Both the position numbers and the translations under genes were made by a program. Of a stretch of DNA of 64,000 nucleotides, positions 1 through 12,150 are shown in pieces; the stretch's first letter is position 1; each line of letters opens with the position of its first letter. The notes under the pieces were generated by a model. That model was not told where the DNA came from. It saw nothing but the letters and a program-made list of their open reading frames with translations, and ran no database searches. The DNA is from Parasitella parasitica NRRL 2501 (lineage: Eukaryota > Fungi > Mucoromycota), in the NCBI GenBank assembly GCA_025201805.1, contig MU619241.1, positions 85,480 to 149,479 on the forward strand, read 5' to 3'.

Positions 1-840
1 TTAAATATATGTTCAATAAATCTTTCTCTATGTTTATCGCCTATATTCTTCAGACATATACATTCTATTCAAGAGTATCGTTTTGAAGCTTTTATAACGA
101 CCTTAACTCCTGATAATATATTAATACACACTCACATTTATGGTGTCCCGCCAATACATAATTACAGTTGTAAACCTCACTTAAAGTCAAAATAAATGTC
201 CCGCGCGTCTCATAACTCAAGTTATGATCAATATAAGTGAATTTATTAAACAGCTTAAGCAGGCTGTCTTTTAAATGTGGGACTCTAACAAGTGTCCTCA
301 GGGTGTCTCCTGTACCCTATAAATACAATAAAATTTCATTTATCTCGGAGACTGGCAGCCTCGTAGAGCGAGATAGACCCCGCGTAAACGAAGATCGATT
401 TCTACCAGAGTGGTCGGGGTGATCAGCTCGTAAGAGAATAAAAAAAGGGTGGAAAAGCTGACCAACATTTTTATTCATTTCAACGCCATGAAATGCCATC
501 TTGCATGAATCTTGCATAAAGATCTTTTTGAAATAGCAAAGAATTTGGGAATGGTTCTTTAATTCAACGACAAAATGTATTGTCATTGTTAATGTTTCAA
601 TCCGTTGCGGCACAGTTGTGTATGGAAAGGCTCGTATTATTTGCACACATGGGCGTGTATAAACTTGTAAAAAACGGTAGACGGCGAGGCAAGAAATGAA
701 TATCATCATCTTGGGTTGGGTGGATAGAATTATTTGAATTTGGGCTAGATGAAGAGCCTCAACTAGTGAACAAGTTTCGCAAATTCACTGATGTGCGATT
801 CTGATCTATTCAAAGTGGTAACAAGAAGCGATATGCTTTA

Positions 841-1157
841 CACTATTTCGGTGCACTAGCAAAAAACGTTTTGGTGCACGACCAAAATAAACTTGGTGCA
901 AAGTTGAAACATTTTTGGTGCAAGGTTAAATGCACAGAGGTTCATGTGCATAGCTTTGTTTCGTATATTTTTCTTTCCACAGCCATTCTACCTGAAATTA
1001 CAGTATCTACAGAAAACTCTAAAGCTATTGATAACTAATTCCTTTAAAGTAATAGAAAAGAGTGTGCACCAAACACATTTTAATTTTGCACCAAATTTAT
1101 TTTTGGTAGTGCACCTAAATGTTTTGGCTAGTGCATCAATAATTTCCGAAAATAGTA
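841..1157. mobile_element. MITE (non-autonomous DNA transposon, TA-flanked, Tc1/mariner-like)
   Basis: The left end CACTATTTCGG-TGCACTAGCAAAAAACGTTTTGGTGCACGACCAAAATAAACTTGGTGCAAAGTTGAAA matches the reverse complement of 1063-1157 over about 85 bp. GGTGCA motifs are repeated within the arms, TA lies at 839-840 and 1158-1159, and there is no coding capacity. Confidence 0.8.
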
Positions 1158-2667
1158 TATTTCATTCATCTTTGGTAATACCTACAGGGACAGTTTTTTT
1201 GTGTTATCATTTGCCGTTGATCCAAATCTTCAGAGAAAAATCATGAAAAATACAGGATCAGTCAAATTAAAGAGAGGATTGTTATTATAAAAACTAAAAG
1301 TTTTGGAATAAAAAATGCTGAACCCTTGCCCTCTTTCATATCAGATAGTAAATTTATCTCTGTTTTCAATTACGTAATATTATTCTTGCAATTGCTCCAT
1401 GAGTTTCAATATGCAAAGCAACGTGTAACCCGCTAGCCCGCCTTTATTACTTCAAGTATTCTTAATTATGCACATTTTATACTCTACTCACATCACGCTA
1501 AGGGCTTGACAGCAATCCCGGATTGAAATTTTTACATACATATCATAATAATCAAATTCGAGTAGCATTTTGCTTGTCATGCCACAATATTTGAGCCCTT
1601 TTCCCTGCATAAAAATGCTTGAATTTCATATGCAAGCTTTACATGTAAAAAATCTTGGCAATTTAGCTGTGTATTACAGTATCAGAGCATGACATATTCA
1701 GTAATGAATAAGCTTCTTTTTGAGCTGCTGACAAGCTATAAACCATACATTATTTTTGTCTACACTTCGTAGCGATGTCGCATGCTATATCTATGATACC
1801 TATATATAGAGTCTTCAGGTGATCGAATCAAGTTATTATTGGAGTATTTCTATAGATCATTTTTGAATAAGCAAGGTATTAACGTATAAACACTTTATGA
1901 TAATAAGTGTCTTTCACAGGATTTTAAAGGTACAAGAACACTGCAGTATTGCATACGGAAAAACAATGAATTCTCACACTAAAGTTCCTAATCAAAAATA
2001 GACTCAAACACGATATAAACGGGATAAAATGCCAAACAAAGTATTCTATGAGCAACTTGGCCATGTATTACGTTGGTATATTCAAATTGCATCATGATGC
2101 ATCTTCTGCAGTAGTAATTCTGTTGATTTTTCTGCGCAACAGTATATAAATATTTAGAGGTAGACAGAACAAGACGTTGTTTTCACATAGGTTGGTTTTG
2201 ACCCGTAAACAAAAGGCTTTATTTCATAACCACAAACGCATTAATCGTTTTATAAACGACTACATCAAGAATAAATATCATTTTTAATATCAAAGATACA
2301 GCTGAAAAAATACCACTGTTAATAACGTCCAACATTGTTGCATAAAATTGCATATATCATACATACACGAAAAAGAATGAAAATAATGCGTTTCGCTGCC
2401 TAAATGAAGCATAAATTACAAAGATTCGGTTGAGATTTTGCCAGGTCATGCTATTACCTGCTCAGAAACGATTTTAATGTTCATCGATCTAGTTTATTGC
2501 TATGGTTACCAAGAAATCATATTTTAACCCAATCTCCTGACACACCTCCTTTTCACCACAATACCAGAATCCTTTCTTTTGTTGACATATATAAATACAG
2601 GCTAACTTGTAACTTTTCTCTCTCTCTTTCATTCATTTCTTTTTAAATCTTAGCTAAGCAATCTGAA

Positions 2668-5358
2668 ATGAAAGATACTATTGTAATTGATTACGCTCCT
2701 GTGCCCTTCAAAATCAAAGCAAAAGAATTGTTTAGACAGCTACCTGGTTTCTTTAAAAGTTACTTCGCAGGCATATTTCCCATTGTTCAATGGATTCATA
2801 GATACAACTTGACTGTAAGTAATCGTTGATGGCATGAATGACAAATAATTAACGGTGACAATAGTGGCTGGTACAAGATGTCATTGCTGGTGTTACAGTG
2901 GGTATTGTGATTGTCCCTCAAAGCATGGCCTATGCCAAAATTGCTAATCTTGACCCGCAATATGGACTCTAGTAAGTAAAAAAAAAAAAGTTGCTATAGC
3001 AATTTTTTCAGGCCCTCACCTCGCCGATAATATAGTACTTCATTTGTGGGTGTTTCACTGTATTGTTTCTTCGGTACATCAAAAGACATTAGCATTGGCC
3101 CTATATGTGAGCATCACCCGCTGCGCATAAACACAAATATAGCATTGACGAATTTTATTTCCATTTAGCCACGGTATCCTTATTAGTCAGTTCCGTTGTT
3201 AATTCCGTAACCAAGATGGATCCTAGCATTACAAATTCTGAAATTGCTGTGACACTCAGCCTGTTTGCTGGCATTGTCATGCTTATTATCAGCTTTCTTC
3301 GCTTGGGTATCCTCGTGGATTTCATACCTGGTAAAAGCGCAGACCATCATGCTAAAACTTTCAATCAAGACTGACACTTTTATTTTTTATTTTTGTTTAC
3401 CAGAACCGGCAATAGCAGGATACATGACCGGGTCAGCCATCACAATTGTTCTTGGTCAATGCCCGAAACTGTTTGGTATTCCAGATGTTTCAACGCATGA
3501 ATCGCCCTATCTGATATTTGGAAATGTGCTGGCGAAACTGCCTCATACCCGATTAGACGTTGCCTTTGGTCTGACCTCGCTGGTGTTTCTGTATGCTGTT
3601 CGATTTATCTGCGGGAAGTACACTTGCAAATCGCCCCATTTGCAGAAGGCTATCTTCCTATTTAGCATCATGAGGAATGGTTTGATTGTTATCATAGGCA
3701 CATTCATTTCCTTTTTGATCAGCAGAGGTCAATCGTCAAGCCCTATATCCATTATTCAATCTGTGCCTGCGGGATTTGATGCCATGGGCGTGCCTTCTCT
3801 GCGCTTTGACATTCTCAAAGAAGCTGGCGGTATTGTCCCCTCAATTGTTCTCATTATGGTCCTGGAACATATTTCAGTTGCAAAAGCATTTGGGAGAATC
3901 TACGATTATCAAATTAACCCTGATCAAGAAATATTAGCTATTGGGGTTAGCAACATTGTTGGATCATTTTTTGGGTAATAACAGAAAAACTAAAGCATTC
4001 TATTTCCTGATCTAACTCTATACTCTTTTATCAGCGGTTATCCTGCCACAGGAGCGTTTAGCCGTACAGCCATTATGGCGAGATCTGGTTCAAGAACGCC
4101 TATTGCAGGTGTTTTCTCCGGTGCCATTGTCGTATTAGCGCTCTACGCCCTGACTCCTGCTTTTTACTATATCCCTGACGCCGTTTTGGCTGCCGTTGTC
4201 ATTCATGCTGTCTCTGATTTAGCTTCTGGAAGTAAATACCTCAAAGAACTGTGGCTTGCGAGCAATGCAGAGTTGTTTGTTTGGGTGAGTGCAGTAATTG
4301 TCACCATATTTGTTGATGTGGAGAGTGGTATATACGCTGCTGTGGGACTTTCGTTGCTTTTAATGCTGTATAAGCTTGCAAGACCACCTATCAAGACATT
4401 GACTAGAATCTCCGCTCACGACGACAAGCCAGTAACAGGGGAGATGTACTTGGATGCTCAGGGCAACAAAACTACCACCGATGCTTCATCTGACAGAGAT
4501 AAACATTATATCTACGTTGACGAGGCCGACCCAAATTTCAAGGATTATATCATTGCCGTACCCTCTGGCATCCTCATACTCAAGCTGTGTGGTTCGGTCC
4601 TCTATCCCAATGCCGAGCACATTTCTGATGCCATCGTCCATACAATCAAGCAAAAGACAAGATGCGGAAACACTGCAGATATGAGCAAAAGCGACAGTGA
4701 TCGTGCCTGGAATCACAACAACACCCAAACACAAGATCTCGATGGTCTGCAATTGCCTATTTTGGAGGCCGTGGTTCTCAATTTTGATGCTGTTTGTAGA
4801 CTCGACGCAACGGCTATCCAGGCCCTTGCTGTTACCCGTGACACAGTAGATCGATATGCTGGATGCTCGGTCGAATGGCATTTTACTGGATTACAAGGAG
4901 AGAGTGTTCGACGCGCTCTGCTGAACGCTGGTTTCGGTTCTTACTGTGAAATGACTGGACCAGACAGCTCTGGGGATTGCTCTCTGGTCTCATTAGCCTC
5001 AGCAAATGAGCAGCCTGTGCCTTTGTCTTCTTCCTCAAACGCATCTCCAAAATTACCCATGCAAAATGTGGTTGTCAACCATAAGGAAGGGTTGGATTCA
5101 AGAAATTTTATTTATGACCTGGAAACAGGGTCTGCGATAAAAACAGGTGAATCGCTCTCCAGAACTGATGCATGTAATCAAAACGCACCTAATCATAATA
5201 ATAAGGAAAACACTACTCCTGCGACGCCAACAGATCGCTTTCCGTGCTTTCATTGGGACGTGGATTCAGCTGTTCGCTCCATCTGTAAAAGATGGCATGA
5301 AAAAACTCGAAAAACACTAAAAATAGAGAAAATGGATACCGGCATTGCCATCAATTAG
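2668..5358 (+). CDS. SulP/SLC26 sulfate permease with C-terminal STAS domain (multi-exon)
   Basis: Spliced N-terminus MKDTIVIDY...WLVQDVIAGVTVGIVIVPQSMAYAKIANLDPQYGLY; GTSKDISIGP, GYPATGAFSRTAIMARSG and STAS-like VVLNFDAVCRLDATAIQAL motifs. Confidence 0.93.
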
Positions 5359-5852
5359 CTTGCATCCTTTAGTGTATCCATATTTTGTTACAAATATATT
5401 ATTCAATAAAATAGATTTCATTTAGTTTACACAAGCATATTTTACTCTGGTATCACCTTATGCACTGTAAACATGCAAAGCAGACCATGATGGATTAGCT
5501 TTACAATTCTGCTGCGTCAGAGCCGAGTGAAAATCTATTTTTACAGTATAATACAACTTTTTACAGCATACAAACTTATTGCTGACAGCCACTTCCTGAG
5601 CCTATATGGATGAGATTACAAAGAGGCTAGACCATCGTATTTCTCGTTTCTCGATCCAGGCACCAAATAGATATTGTTCGATTGAGCCAAGCCATTTTCA
5701 TTTCTAAATCTATATTTATATTTGTTTACAGTGTTTATGTCTCCTGAATAATTATAATATAGTAAGGTATATAAATGGGTGTAACATCATCATCATGAAA
5801 TGACCTACAAAACACTTGTTCTTTCGTCTCTATCTTTTGTCATTATTTCAAT

Positions 5853-6398
5853 ATGGTGAAATCTGGATATATTTTTGTTTCTCTCGCAGTACTTGGTTCT
5901 GTTGTTATGGCTCAAGAAGGTATGGACGATAGCATTATTATCGTTGAATCCTTTACTGATTTAGTCAATCTTAGCCACGCCCACCGCTGCAGATGGAATC
6001 ACTATCCCTACTGCTATTCCAAGCAATATCGCACTTCCCACTGAAATAGCTGATGTTGTTAGCAGTTTGATCAAAAATCCCTCAGGAATAAACTCTTATA
6101 TTTCTATGGTAAAGTCATATAACTTGATTGGTAAACCTCAACCACGACTGATTAACCTGTATGCTCTATCTATATACTACAAACATAGGCCTCCGATAAA
6201 GTAAGCCAGCTGCCTTCTCAATACCAAGCTTCCGCTTATTCTGCACTGTCAGCAGCAAGTAAATCCGCCGCTGTCTTTCAGCCTACTAAACCAGCAGGAG
6301 CATCCCATTCTTCTTCTGCTGCAACTACTGGTAATACTCCCGCTTCGTTTGCTATAAACGCTCTTGCTATTGCATCTGTGTTTGCTTTTCTTTTGTAG
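5853..6398 (+). CDS. Small secreted Ser/Thr/Ala-rich, probably GPI-anchored cell-surface protein (3 exons)
   Basis: Signal peptide MVKSGYIFVSLAVLGSVVMAQE, two GT-AG introns, S/T/A-rich body, hydrophobic C-terminus FAINALAIASVFAFLL followed by TAG at 6396-6398. Confidence 0.75.
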
Positions 6399-7200
6399 TC
6401 ATATTCGCTTATCTTTTTTTGCTTGAGTTTTCTACTCTTCTTTACCCAGCAATAAATCACTGTGTGCCCTATACAGTAAAACTGTTTTTCAAGTCTTTTA
6501 TGTTCATAATCAGCAAATGTTTGCTGTTAAACTCGCAAAAATGCTCATACATGACAAAGTATAGCAAATTATAGGTAATATAGCAAGGATGGGTTTATTT
6601 GCAGTGTGATATAGTATTCAATGCATCATACAACTATAATCAGGACAGTTACAAGAAGGCTCAGTTTAGGTTAGTGTAGTACAATGCAGTTGTGCAGTAA
6701 ATACATAGTGGGGTTTGTTTCTTTCAACTTGAACTCATGAAAAGCTTATTCGATTTACAACAAGTATGAACAAGCCATATGTACCTACAAGCGAGAGATT
6801 GTCTAAAATGTAGGTAATTATACAGGAAGAATATGACATCTTGCACGCGATATAGAATGCTTCAAATGATCAAGACGCTTAAATAAATATGAGAGGTACC
6901 CACAAAATAAAGACTATTTTTTACTAAAACAGAAAAGAATCGACCAACCTCGAAAGACTGGGCGCTCTATAAAGTTAAGACACGATTAGATAAAGAGCAA
7001 AAGTAAGTAGAAATGGTCGTCTATAAAGCAGCTGTGTTAGATGCATTAGGGGCAGCTGGAAGGCTATCATCATGAGCTTTTGCTTGGGATTTAAAATTTT
7101 TCAAGTCAAAAAAGATACAAAGAGTAGTCCAGAGTACACAGGAAGCAAGGAAATTGCTATCTAGGCCCACATGAAGGCAAAATTGCTTGTAAAAATGCTT

Positions 7201-7525
7201 TAAAAGGTCAAAATTACCCATTTATTTCTATATTTCTCGCCTCATCGACCGTTTTAAGCTCCCAAAAGCACACCAAACAGTCGCTGTGGAACAACATATT
7301 CGTTTTAGCTCATTTTGGTGAATTTTTGCAGACCTTTTTTTTTCACCCAAACTTTGCCTTATGATACCTCATCTGATATCATTTTTTTGACAAGTGTCGA
7401 TTTTTCAGTCGAAAAGCGGAACTTTTTACTAAGGTACACATGAGAGAAAAATGTTGGTGCGGGTTGTCTTTATATGATGGCAGTGTTTATTTGGAGACTG
7501 TATATTGAATTTTTTGACCTTTTTT
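7201..7525. repeat. Possible degenerate foldback/MITE relic
   Basis: AAAAGGTCAAAA (about 7202) is inverted relative to TTTTGACCTTTT (about 7512). Weaker inverted matches lie inward; no TSD was seen. Confidence 0.25.
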
Positions 7526-7944
7526 CAATAGACTAAAATGCCATATTTTTGATATTATTATTGTATTTTATTGATGAAATTAATAGATATATGAAGGTAT
7601 TAAATAGAGCACATTCGGTTGCATAATTTTGCTTTGGTGCTTTTATTTGCCCACTATTTGTTTTTGGATGTAAAAATTCTTCAAAGGATATATTATTTCC
7701 AAAAATGTCAAAATAGAACAAAAATGAACCAAAAAGTACCACTTGTTTTCACATTCCGCTGAATGCTTCCGTTGACAGAGCTGCCAAACAAATGTCATGT
7801 TTTAAATGGAAATTTTATTCCCATTAACGACATTCCTTGAGAGATAATGAATTGTCAATTTTAGCAAAGAACTCAGAGGGCATAATTAACTTTGCTTTAT
7901 TCATTTTTCTTTGATATCATCATATACTGAGGTAGATGTCAAAT

Positions 7945-9375
7945 TTACTTGGATTCGGCAAGACCAACTCTGTTATTGCCAAGGTCATAAACACTATAAA
8001 ACTTGCGAAGGAAGACATCGCCAACAATCCAAAGAGGGCCAGCAGGCTCAGGGATATCCATTCCCATGAAACCAGAGATGCATTGATCTTGAACTTTGAG
8101 AACATAATCTTCACCCTTCAAACAGAAATCTTTGCCGTTAAAGACAAAGCAGAACTCAGGAAGTGTATGGACAACAGAGCAATCGAGAGTGTATTGACCA
8201 GCCCAATTCTTTTCTGCACCTAATTCGTGATTGATCAAATCAGCAATTGTGGTAGGGGCAATCAAAAGAGAGGAACCGGTATCAATCGCAGCACCAACAG
8301 GATCTAAATTAATGTAATCGCCACCAAACTTGATGTTCTCAAGTTCAATCTCCCAGTAGCCCTTTCTTCTAATAGGAGCCCAAGTGATGTTGCCCTTAAA
8401 ATGATCAGGATCGACACCACCAAAGATAAGCTCGCCACCACTTTCAGAACCTTCTTTGTTGATATCGTTCAACCAGAAAGAAAAGAGCTTTTCATCGACT
8501 AAATCTCTGTTTACCATGTGGTAGAAAGGAGGGACAGTATGTTGGACAGAGATCGTGTCATAACCAAGGCCAAAAATGCCATCAAACTTGGCTAATGCAA
8601 AAGTGAACCCTGGTTCTTTGACAGATTCCGCAAAACCTTGGTCCTCGACCTTAATGCCACCGACACGTAAAGTATCTTGACTGATAAAGCCTTCCAAAGA
8701 GCCAGTGCCGTATTGAATAGCAAATTCAGTGCCGTTCTCTTTGAAAGTCTCTGATTGAGCAGAGTTGTAGCGGCGATGCATGAAACAGGCAATCGAATTG
8801 CAATGGGTAGAAGGAACCCAAAGGTTAGAAGAGCCGGTATCGAATACAACGGAGAAGGTTTGAGGAGGGGAACCAAGTTCAATATCACCATAATACTACG
8901 TATGCATGAAGCATGTCAGATGATCGGCATTTGACAACCTAAATGATTCCAACTTACTTGAGCATTCATGTAGTTTGAGATAGGGACACCATGCTCCACA
9001 CTTCCATCAGGCTTGATTTGGAAGGGAGTAATGCTCACATCTTGATAACGACTAGCACCAAAGTATTTTTGGGTCAAATATTCACCGGTATGAGCATAAC
9101 GCTGAAGTCTTTCAGAGGGAGTTTCCTCTACCTTTTTGATGGCAATTCTGTAAATTTTTACAGTTAGTCAAGCGGATCCCTGTATTTTCCTTGCTCGTAT
9201 GCTTGGGGAGGGGTATGACAGCAGAAATAATGCTGATTACTCATGCATAACCATCTCGCAAATATAGCCCGAATATATAAACCAAATGTCAAAAATGTGC
9301 TTACCTCGAGACAGCAGCTTCAGATACAGATGCAAGAGCAGTAGCAATAATGGCGGACAACGCAAAGATCTTCAT
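7945..9375 (-). CDS. PEP4: Vacuolar aspartic protease (Pep4/cathepsin D-like, peptidase A1), 3 exons
   Basis: Signal peptide MKIFALSAIIATALA; both catalytic motifs FDTGSSNLWVPS and AIDTGSSL; WIVGDVFLRKFYSVYDLGNNRVGLA. Confidence 0.93.
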
Positions 9376-9981
9376 TGTTTCGTTATGAGTGTCAAAATGA
9401 TGAAGGAGAAAAAGGAAACGAAAATGAAAAAAGAAAACAAATATAGCTCTCTTCGGGCTTTTTGGTGCTGTGGACAGTATTGAGACAGTTCATCGTGATG
9501 TCATTTCTGATAAGAAGGTCTTGTGCCAAGCGAGAAAACACAAGCAAGAGCCATCATATGGGAAAAGCATCAACAAACCGTTTATAAACTTTACATGCAA
9601 ATGTTGGGAGACTTGAACTTGTGTCTTACATGAATACATTTCCCGTTTTGTCAAGATCGACGTAAACAAACCACATTCAGATGATTTGCATAGAAAGAAT
9701 TGTGAGGGCTCTCCAGGGCTTTGAGAATTTGCTGTAAATGGCCTTGCTTGATACCAACAGTTTCGTATTAGAGAATGCTGTTGCAATTGGAAAAGCGGAA
9801 ACATCTCCATCGCAGACCCAAAGGCAAAAATATCTAAATACTCGGTATTATGGCATCAAATGCAATAAGGAACAATCTGTCTCTCTCTCACTCTCTTTTC
9901 CCTCAACCCCTTTCATATTGTAATATCACATGAATTTTATTAACAAGAGTCTTCAAAGCTATAATCAAAAAACTACAACAT

Positions 9982-10686
9982 TTAGAACTTCATGTCGTGA
10001 GGGAATTGACCCTTGTTCAAACCAAAGTTGGAAGTCAAGTATTGACGGAGGAAAGGAGTCTTGGCAATAACTTGGAGAAGAGCATTGTCGACAGTCTTTT
10101 GATCAGCAACCTTGGACTCGGGGTAAGCAGCCTTTTTTTGCTCGCCTTCGAGGAAAGCCTTCTCAGTCTTGGCAGACTTCTTAAAGTAGGCATCGTTGAA
10201 CTTGGCATCAATGGAGACGGAAGCAAGGTCGAGCTTGGTAGAAGTAGCAATGACATAAGCTTGGTTGACACGTCTCAAGGGGACACCGTTGACCTTGAAG
10301 GGACCAGTGACCAAGAGAAGGCCAGAGTCGAGTTGCTTCAAAACAACAACACGCTTTCCACGGTAGCGACCTGCGAGGAGGATGACAACAGTACCGGCAG
10401 TGATGGAGGCACGGAGAGTAGTCTTCTTGGCAGCCTTACGGTTAACCTTGGGTTGAGGGATATCCTCGGCAGGATAGAAACGAGAAGCCTTTTGAGCAGG
10501 GACAGTACGGTTTTTACCGTTCTTACCACCCTTTACCTCAACAGTCTTGTCGGTAGCAGCAGCCTTGGCAGGAGCAGCAACAGCGTTGTGCTTACGCTTG
10601 TACTGAGCCTTCTTGGAGTAGGCAGCAGAACGAGAGAAGCGAGAGACGCCAGGAGCAATGAAGCTGTTTCTAGGTGCGTGGGGCAT
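9982..10686 (-). CDS. RPL6: 60S ribosomal protein eL6
   Basis: LRASITAGTVVILLAGRYRGKRVVVLKQLDSGLLLVTGPFKVNGVPLRRVNQAYVIATST, C-terminal PHDMKF, and strong codon bias. Confidence 0.97.
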   Translation of the reverse strand: MPHAPRNSFIAPGVSRFSRSAAYSKKAQYKRKHNAVAAPAKAAATDKTVEVKGGKNGKNRTVPAQKASRFYPAEDIPQPKVNRKAAKKTTLRASITAGTVVILLAGRYRGKRVVVLKQLDSGLLLVTGPFKVNGVPLRRVNQAYVIATSTKLDLASVSIDAKFNDAYFKKSAKTEKAFLEGEQKKAAYPESKVADQKTVDNALLQVIAKTPFLRQYLTSNFGLNKGQFPHDMKF

Positions 10687-10692
10687 AATAGC

Positions 10693-11250
10693 TAAAATGA
10701 GGCGAGTTAATATGATATCCTTTCTAATTCCTTCAAGCTTTAAAAGTAAATCAGCATCAATTTAAGAAGAAGAAGAAAAGTACAGATATCCAAATGTCCA
10801 ATGTGATTTTCAATTGAGTGCACAGATGTGTTAATTGCTGATTTCAAAGAATAACAGTGTTCAATAACATAAACCACACTGTCATACGTATCTGTTACTT
10901 TTACACTGGTACGCTGTATGATCCGTACAATCCAAGCGACAAATTAATCTGATCGTGCGAATTCAACTGAAAATGGAACACACAGTGATTGTGAGAATCT
11001 TTACTGATACAGATGCACAGTTAAACTATCAACATCCATATGATCAAACCAAAGGATGGATGGCTGACTGTCAGCATCTTTCACTGGATGTGCTGGAATA
11101 TTGATGTATATTCCTTTCTTCTTCTTCTTTGCTTGATTTCAATGATGGATAGCATAATCCTTATGGAATTATACCCATCCATTATGCTGATTTAACCATC
11201 TATCTATTATTCTCCTTCCTCCCCTCGTTATCACTATCTCTTATATGTAC
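10693..11250 (-). ncRNA. 5'UTR intron of RPL6 containing a large structured RNA element
   Basis: The pyrimidine-start leader CTCTTTTTCGTGATTGCCAAAG is followed by donor GTACAT (11250); the acceptor is TTTTAG|CTATT-ATG (10693). There is long-range pairing of 11082-11140 with 10748-10805, several internal hairpins and a separate hairpin at 11144-11200. Confidence 0.65.
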
Positions 11251-11411
11251 CTTTGGCAATCACGAAAAAGAGGATGGTTTGTTAAAGACTCACCATGGAT
11301 ATTTAACAAACCTTCAATGTCCCGGGCGCCGCAAAACAATCGGACAGTCAACCAAAAACTTAAGCTACAGCCAATCATGGCAAAGTCAAACTATTGATAA
11401 GAGTGATTACA

Positions 11412-12150
11412 ATGACAAGTCTCCTTGATGAGAGGTGAGAGTGCGCATCATTACAAGATAATGTTCACAACTAATCAATCTATCTTCATGATTAAGCATG
11501 TCATCCCAAAAATGAAATTACATCTGCAAAGGCATAATATCAAAAATACCTTGGATAAATTATACATTGAAATTCTTGGCTACTCTGCAGATCAGAGATG
11601 TTAAGAGTAACGTTATTCATCAGATCGCTGTATTAGCTTTCCCTTTACACATTCGCTGAAGAACACTTTTGCTGTAGGTATCAAGGCGTCAAGGTACATT
11701 TCTCCATGGATTAGCATCAACAAGCAAATATCGCACAATCTATAAAATGTCAAGTGGTTGACATTTGCTGTTCTTCGTACAACTTTTTATATGCGTGCAT
11801 TTCCATGGTTAAGACGTGTGCCCTCTTTCTACTGTGCATCATTTATTTGTCTTTGGTTGTTTTTAGTGAAGAACTGCCAAGATTGCTGCCTCGTGATGAT
11901 GAGTTAGATTTCGAGCAATGCTGTAGCCGAACAAAATGGGAAAATGATATTGTAATCATACACAAAAATAAGCAGTGTAATCTAAACCGCTCACAATAAA
12001 CGCTGGAGTAGCTTGCGAGATTCACTGCCAACTTCTTTGGTGATTTTATCACTGTCAACGCTCAAGATATTCTAAAATCTCTTGCTGTCAAGGGGATTCT
12101 TCAGCATCAAATTATGTGGGGAATGCAAGCCATGGTATGTAGGACTTTAT
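11412..12150 (+). pseudogene. Possible decayed multi-exon gene of unknown family
   Basis: Protein-like stretches (DKLYIEILGYSADQ, AVLRTTFYMRAFPWLR, EELPRLLPRDDELDFEQCC, ARFTANFFGDFITVNAQDILKSL) are separated by intron-like signals but broken by stops and frameshifts. Confidence 0.25.

Noticed and set aside
140-709. TGTCCC-like repeats and a 130-aa minus-strand ORF
   Set aside because: No recognisable domain or terminal structure.
9997-10695. 232-aa antisense ORF over RPL6 (similar ones over PEP4, LSC1, coronin, MRH4)
   Set aside because: Shadow ORFs expected from strong codon bias; no independent protein features.
10693-11250. C/D or H/ACA snoRNA, RNase P/MRP or U3 identity for the RPL6 intron structure
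   Set aside because: No RUGAUGA/CUGA pair, no convincing hairpin-H-hairpin-ACA layout and no P4 consensus could be found by eye. An Rfam search is still needed.
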